Below are positions 60,423-64,000 of a stretch of DNA of 64,000 nucleotides, piece by piece. Each line of letters begins with the position of its first letter. Position 1 is the stretch's first letter. Under the pieces are notes generated by a model that did not search any database, was not told where the DNA came from, and saw only the letters and a program-made list of their open reading frames with translations. Origin of the DNA: an uncultured virus (IMG/VR IMGVR_UViG_3300044956_000873). Taxonomy: Duplodnaviria > Heunggongvirae > Uroviricota > Caudoviricetes. The stretch is from the IMG/VR virus record IMGVR_UViG_3300044956_000873; one strand, given 5' to 3'. The position numbers and the translations under genes were made by a program.

Positions 60423-61355
60423 ATGGAAAAAATACTAGATTTTAAAGAATTTTCTCTTTTTGAAGCAGAGGTTACAGAAAGTAAATCTGCCATTTTCGAT
60501 CTAGAAAATAATCTAGCATATCAAACAATAAAAGATTTAAGAACTGCAACTATCAACGGGAAGGAATATACATTTATATGTGTAGGTAGCGGTATGAGCA
60601 CTTACGCAGAATCTGTAGCTAAGACAGATAAAAAAATAGGGGACATAATTTCAAAGATGGCTTCTAAAAAAGACCAAACTCTTGTTTTCTCTGATTCTGG
60701 AATATATGTTATGTCTGAAGCTGCAGGTAATGGTATTATAACTATGGCTTCATCTATATTTTCTTATGTAAAGGAAGGATCTATAACCGCTGGAATTAGC
60801 GTTATTTATACCTTTAAAAAAATAAACATCTATTACAAAAATAAGGGAGAAGAGACTTTTAATAATATTAAAGAAAATTCATCTGAGATTTTTAAAATCA
60901 TTATGAAGGACCTTTATAAGCTATCGGAAGAATCTCCTAAAGCTTCAGAAGCTGTATCTGTTCTAGTAGTTGGAGCATATAAATCATCGACATCATCATT
61001 TAAAACAATACCAGATTTTTTAAATGATTGTATTTATAAAACAGCGAAAGACTCAGAAATAAGATCTGTAAATATAGGACAGGGAATAGATGATTTTTAT
61101 AAGGTGTCACAAAATACCCTAGACAATCTAAACGTTCCTATAAATAAAACAATAGAGGAGGGAATAGAAAAGCTTTCTTCTGTAATAGAAAAGGGAGTAA
61201 GAAAGACCGAGATATTTTCAGCAAGACTTAGAAAAGAAGCTGGAGAGTCATTAAGGAAATTACAAAATAGAATAGCACCCACTGCAAAAATCATATTATC
61301 TAAAAGCAAACCTATTTGGGATTCTATAAGCGGAAAGAAAAAAAAAACCAATTAG
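60423..61355 (+). CDS. Helical hypothetical protein with leader; paralog of 61385..62539
   Basis: Shared YTF...G.GM..YAE, GIYV..EA..NG....ASSIF.Y.K.G. Confidence 0.8.
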   Translation: MEKILDFKEFSLFEAEVTESKSAIFDLENNLAYQTIKDLRTATINGKEYTFICVGSGMSTYAESVAKTDKKIGDIISKMASKKDQTLVFSDSGIYVMSEAAGNGIITMASSIFSYVKEGSITAGISVIYTFKKINIYYKNKGEETFNNIKENSSEIFKIIMKDLYKLSEESPKASEAVSVLVVGAYKSSTSSFKTIPDFLNDCIYKTAKDSEIRSVNIGQGIDDFYKVSQNTLDNLNVPINKTIEEGIEKLSSVIEKGVRKTEIFSARLRKEAGESLRKLQNRIAPTAKIILSKSKPIWDSISGKKKKTN

Positions 61356-61384
61356 GATATATACATTATAAATAAAAAAACAAA

Positions 61385-62539
61385 ATGTCAAGAATACTAT
61401 CATTTAGCGATTTCAACGAACTAAACGAGGGTTATAGCTTTAACAGCAGCGAATATAATTTCGAGAACCATTCAAGTTACGTTGAATTAACAGAATCTGA
61501 AATGTTATCATTTATTAACGATGCCATTTACGAACAAGGTCCAGCAGGAAACACTGTAAAAGGCGGATTATTTGATGTTAACGATAAGAACGTGTACAAT
61601 ACAGTTAAAGCCGTAAAAACTGCAGTTATACAAGGAGCTCGGTACACATTTCTTACTATCGGAGCTGGTATGAAAGCTTATGCTGAGGCTCGGAAAAAAG
61701 TTTCAGTTTCTACCGGAGAGGCATTACTAAACCTAGCAAAATTTACAGGAAAGGTCGTTATATTTACTGCTGCAGGTATTTATGTTGTAACAGAAGCAAT
61801 TGCTAATGGATTATTTTCATTAGCATCATCAATATTTGGATATGCTAAGAAAGGAGCTATGGCAGTAGGATCTACTATTGTTACTGCAATGAAAAATGTT
61901 AATGATTACTTTAAAAAATTAGGTAAAGCAGTATTTAATACAATTAAAAATGATGCCTTAGCAGTAGCTAAAGCTTTTATGACAGGCTTATACAAAGTTG
62001 CTAATTTAGCAACTAAAGCATTTCAAGCAGTTGCAGCTTTAACAGTTGCAGCTTACAAAATAGCTAAAACAGCTTTTAAAGGAATTGCTAATTTTGCAGC
62101 AGAATGTATATACGGAGCAGCTAAAGCAGCTAAAATGATAGCAATTAAAATAGGAAACGACATTTCAGATTTTTATAATGCTTCGGTATCTTCATTTAAA
62201 AAAAATAAGGATGCTATTGTAAAAACAACAAAAGATGGATTTGACGCAGTAGCAAACACAATTAAAGCTGGAGTTCAAAAAACTGAAAAAGTTGCTAACA
62301 AGATAAAAACTGCGGCTGGTAATGCTCTTAAGACAGCTCAGAACAAAATTGTTAACACAGGAAAAGAAATACTTTCAATTGGATCCGCTATATGGGGGGG
62401 TATTTGGGATCATGAGATTTACCAAGGAACATCCGAAGATATATTCGAATCGTATATTATTGTTGAGGGACAAAAATATTATGTACCAGTTGAATCATAC
62501 GATGATTACGATTTAGAAGTTTTTGGATCGCAATATTAA
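61385..62539 (+). CDS. Ala/Lys-rich amphipathic helical protein with leader; paralog of 60423..61355
   Basis: GGATATATA upstream; alignable to its neighbour. Confidence 0.8.
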   Translation: MSRILSFSDFNELNEGYSFNSSEYNFENHSSYVELTESEMLSFINDAIYEQGPAGNTVKGGLFDVNDKNVYNTVKAVKTAVIQGARYTFLTIGAGMKAYAEARKKVSVSTGEALLNLAKFTGKVVIFTAAGIYVVTEAIANGLFSLASSIFGYAKKGAMAVGSTIVTAMKNVNDYFKKLGKAVFNTIKNDALAVAKAFMTGLYKVANLATKAFQAVAALTVAAYKIAKTAFKGIANFAAECIYGAAKAAKMIAIKIGNDISDFYNASVSSFKKNKDAIVKTTKDGFDAVANTIKAGVQKTEKVANKIKTAAGNALKTAQNKIVNTGKEILSIGSAIWGGIWDHEIYQGTSEDIFESYIIVEGQKYYVPVESYDDYDLEVFGSQY

Positions 62540-63032
62540 GATGTCCTAGGGAAAAAATCCCCAAGAATATACCTATTAAATGACCCCAGTGTGATACTCC
62601 ATCGGGGTCATTTAGTGTAACAAGCTCTCCTAAACCTATTATAGCTAAAATTGGTATAAATATCTTTCTATAATCTAATAGAAATCTAGTAAGCATAAGA
62701 TAAACCAGTCCTGATATACCAATAGATACTGATATTCCTAATGCACACGTAAGTAAAAAAGTAATACACTGGATTATTATAGTTATCAAAACTATTTGTT
62801 TTAAATCATATTTATTTCCTTTATATAGAAGAAAAAGAAATATAGCAATAATATTAAAAACAAAATGTAATAGAGATTGGTGTATAAATCCACTAATAAA
62901 AGGCATAGATATAGCAAGATCTGCATTTCCTCCTAGGATTAGCATAGTAATTAATCCCACCGGATAAGCGAGTACGCATACGCCTATAATTTTTAATGTC
63001 TCTATCGCGGATCTTCTTAAATTATCTTTCAT
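62457..63032 (-). CDS. Rhomboid-family intramembrane serine protease
   Basis: FIH...HFVFN, SIGISG catalytic Ser motif, VSHWGHLIG catalytic His. Confidence 0.8.
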   Translation of the reverse strand: MKDNLRRSAIETLKIIGVCVLAYPVGLITMLILGGNADLAISMPFISGFIHQSLLHFVFNIIAIFLFLLYKGNKYDLKQIVLITIIIQCITFLLTCALGISVSIGISGLVYLMLTRFLLDYRKIFIPILAIIGLGELVTLNDPDGVSHWGHLIGIFLGIFSLGHLNIAIQKLLNRNHRMIQLVHNIFVPQQ

Positions 63033-63090
63033 AATATTTGTTTTGTTATGCAATTATAGAAAAAAGTGAAAAATACAAAAAAAGATTACG

Positions 63091-63294
63091 AATCATTTTT
63101 TGTATCAATAAAAATAGCCTATATTTGTGAAACAAAACAAAAGGAACAATATATAACACTTAAATAAACAAATTAATTAACATAATACCCTCTATATTAA
63201 GACCGTCGATAAGACGATCCCCAAAGGTCCTATGTTAGTTTTAACTATAACTATAAACTAAAAACCGGGGCCTTTAAAAAGTCCCGGTTTTTTT
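63091..63294 (+). promoter_or_regulatory. Promoter + candidate attenuator leader upstream of the tRNA cluster
   Basis: AATCATTTTTT and TATATTTG (63120); terminator CCGGGGC/GTCCCGG + T7 (63265-63294); AAAGGTCCT (63223-63231) can pair with GGGGCCTTT (63267-63275). Confidence 0.6.
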
Positions 63295-63329
63295 ATGTTC
63301 TTTGAAATATTGGTTAAATAAAATTATAA

Positions 63330-63417
63330 GGAGGATTAAACCATAATTGGTACTGGCGCAGTCTTGAAAACTATTCATCGTGCAAACGATGTGTAGATTC
63401 GAGTCCTACATCCTCCG
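63330..63417 (+). tRNA. tRNA-Ser(TGA), slightly degenerate
   Basis: GGAGGAT/ATCCTCC acceptor, long variable arm, CT-TGA-AA loop; C.A mismatches in the anticodon and T stems. Confidence 0.8.
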
Positions 63418-63422
63418 CTCAT

Positions 63423-63494
63423 GGGTCCATAGTTAAAGGGATATAACCCTAGCCTTCTAAGCTTGTATTCCTGGTTCGAGTCCAGGTGGACCTA
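63423..63494 (+). tRNA. tRNA-Arg(TCT)
   Basis: GGGTCCA/TGGACCT acceptor, CT-TCT-AA loop, CCTGG-TTCGAGT-CCAGG. Confidence 0.88.
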
Positions 63495-63541
63495 CATACC
63501 GCCCTCTACCTAGCGCTGGGTATGGATCGAAGATAAACCAT

Positions 63542-63769
63542 ATGGATCACGTCCCTAATGGTATGAAGGGTAAAAGACATTCTAAAGAATCTAAAGAAAA
63601 AATGGCTTTAAATAACACTAATAAATTAAGTCATTCTGAAATAATCAATAGGATAAATGATATTAAAAATGAGAATAATAAATGGGGCTATATAATTAGA
63701 CTATCAAAAAAATGCAAGGTCAGTCACACCCAAGTTAAAAGATTCATAAAAAAATATTTAGAGACGTAG
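63542..63769 (+). pseudogene. NUMOD3/HTH remnant of a homing endonuclease inside the tRNA cluster
   Basis: GMKGKRHSKESKEKM NUMOD3 motif; no nuclease domain. Confidence 0.6.
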
Positions 63770-63833
63770 CTCAATTGGTTAGAGCACATGCCTTATACGC
63801 ATGCGGTCATGGGTTCGACTCCCATCGTCTCTA
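63760..63833 (+). tRNA. tRNA with TAT anticodon (Ile-UAU)
   Basis: AGAGACG/CGTCTCT acceptor, CATGC-CT-TAT-AC-GCATG, ATGGG-TTCGACT-CCCAT. Confidence 0.85.
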
Positions 63834-63837
63834 CTTA

Positions 63838-63910
63838 GGTCCCTTAGCTTAGTCGGTTAGGACGTTAGGTTTTCATCCTAGAAAGAGGGGTTCGATTCCC
63901 CCAGAGACTA
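63838..63910 (+). tRNA. tRNA-Glu(TTC), one acceptor mismatch
   Basis: TTAGG-TT-TTC-AT-CCTAG, GGGG-TTCGATT-CCCC. Confidence 0.75.
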
Positions 63911-64000
63911 CTACAACTGGTACCCTTGAGAAACTCGTATTTAAAGATAAGCAGTGTGGTATAAAAGATAAAATCATTAATTTTTTGAAATAAGGGAGTG

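Noticed and set aside
518..61351. Antisense or alternate-frame ORFs in the track (e.g. 518..790, 3335..3571, 4163..4381, 11128..11436, 20096..20350, 38008..38382, 58204..58638, 61097..61351)
   Set aside because: They shadow better-supported genes or repeats, lack motifs and lack promoter context.
63495..63545. Possible tRNA-associated HDV-like (theta) ribozyme or tRNA half after tRNA-Arg
   Set aside because: Only short hairpins (CATACC/GGTATG, TACCTA/TGGGTA, ATGG/CCAT); I could not build the nested double pseudoknot or a cloverleaf.
1..64000. Bacterial chromosome or eukaryotic virus origin
   Set aside because: Dense small ORFans, lysins, homing-endonuclease remnants, intrinsic terminators, bacterial sigma factors and the lack of housekeeping operons fit a large bacteriophage better, although no hallmark structural gene is in the window.

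Overview
AT-rich, densely coding 64 kb stretch of a large ('jumbo/huge') dsDNA phage, most likely infecting Bacteroidota: two Bacteroidota-type RpoD sigma factors, TAnnTTTG -7 promoter boxes, no obvious Shine-Dalgarno use. No core capsid, terminase or polymerase genes lie in the window; it is an accessory region. Main structures read from the sequence: (1) 0.1-8.6 kb is a repeat-rich array of promoter/small gene/terminator cassettes punctuated by about 15 copies of a GC-rich 16-bp dyad, with duplications, inversions and truncated captured genes. (2) About 30 unrelated proteins start with an MKHIKxFExF/..I/LxE leader resembling the T4 capsid-targeting sequence, mostly behind a GATAWATA late-type promoter. 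A subset shares a second N-terminal module fused to swappable enzyme domains, and four proteins end in a KGxx(L/M)L(G/N)RFG tag. (3) A Ro60/TROVE gene is preceded by three tandem covarying Y-RNA-like elements that lack the tRNA-like YrlA domain. (4) A tRNA cluster (Ser-TGA, Arg-TCT, Ile-TAT, Glu-TTC) lies behind what looks like a codon-sensing attenuator. (5) Auxiliary genes include a SpeD-like decarboxylase, a DHS-like enzyme, several peptidoglycan hydrolases, a Dda-like helicase, TerC, rhomboid and thioredoxin. Many genes carry in-frame stops or frameshifts, indicating decay or sequence error. All family assignments come from motif recognition by eye, not from database searches.
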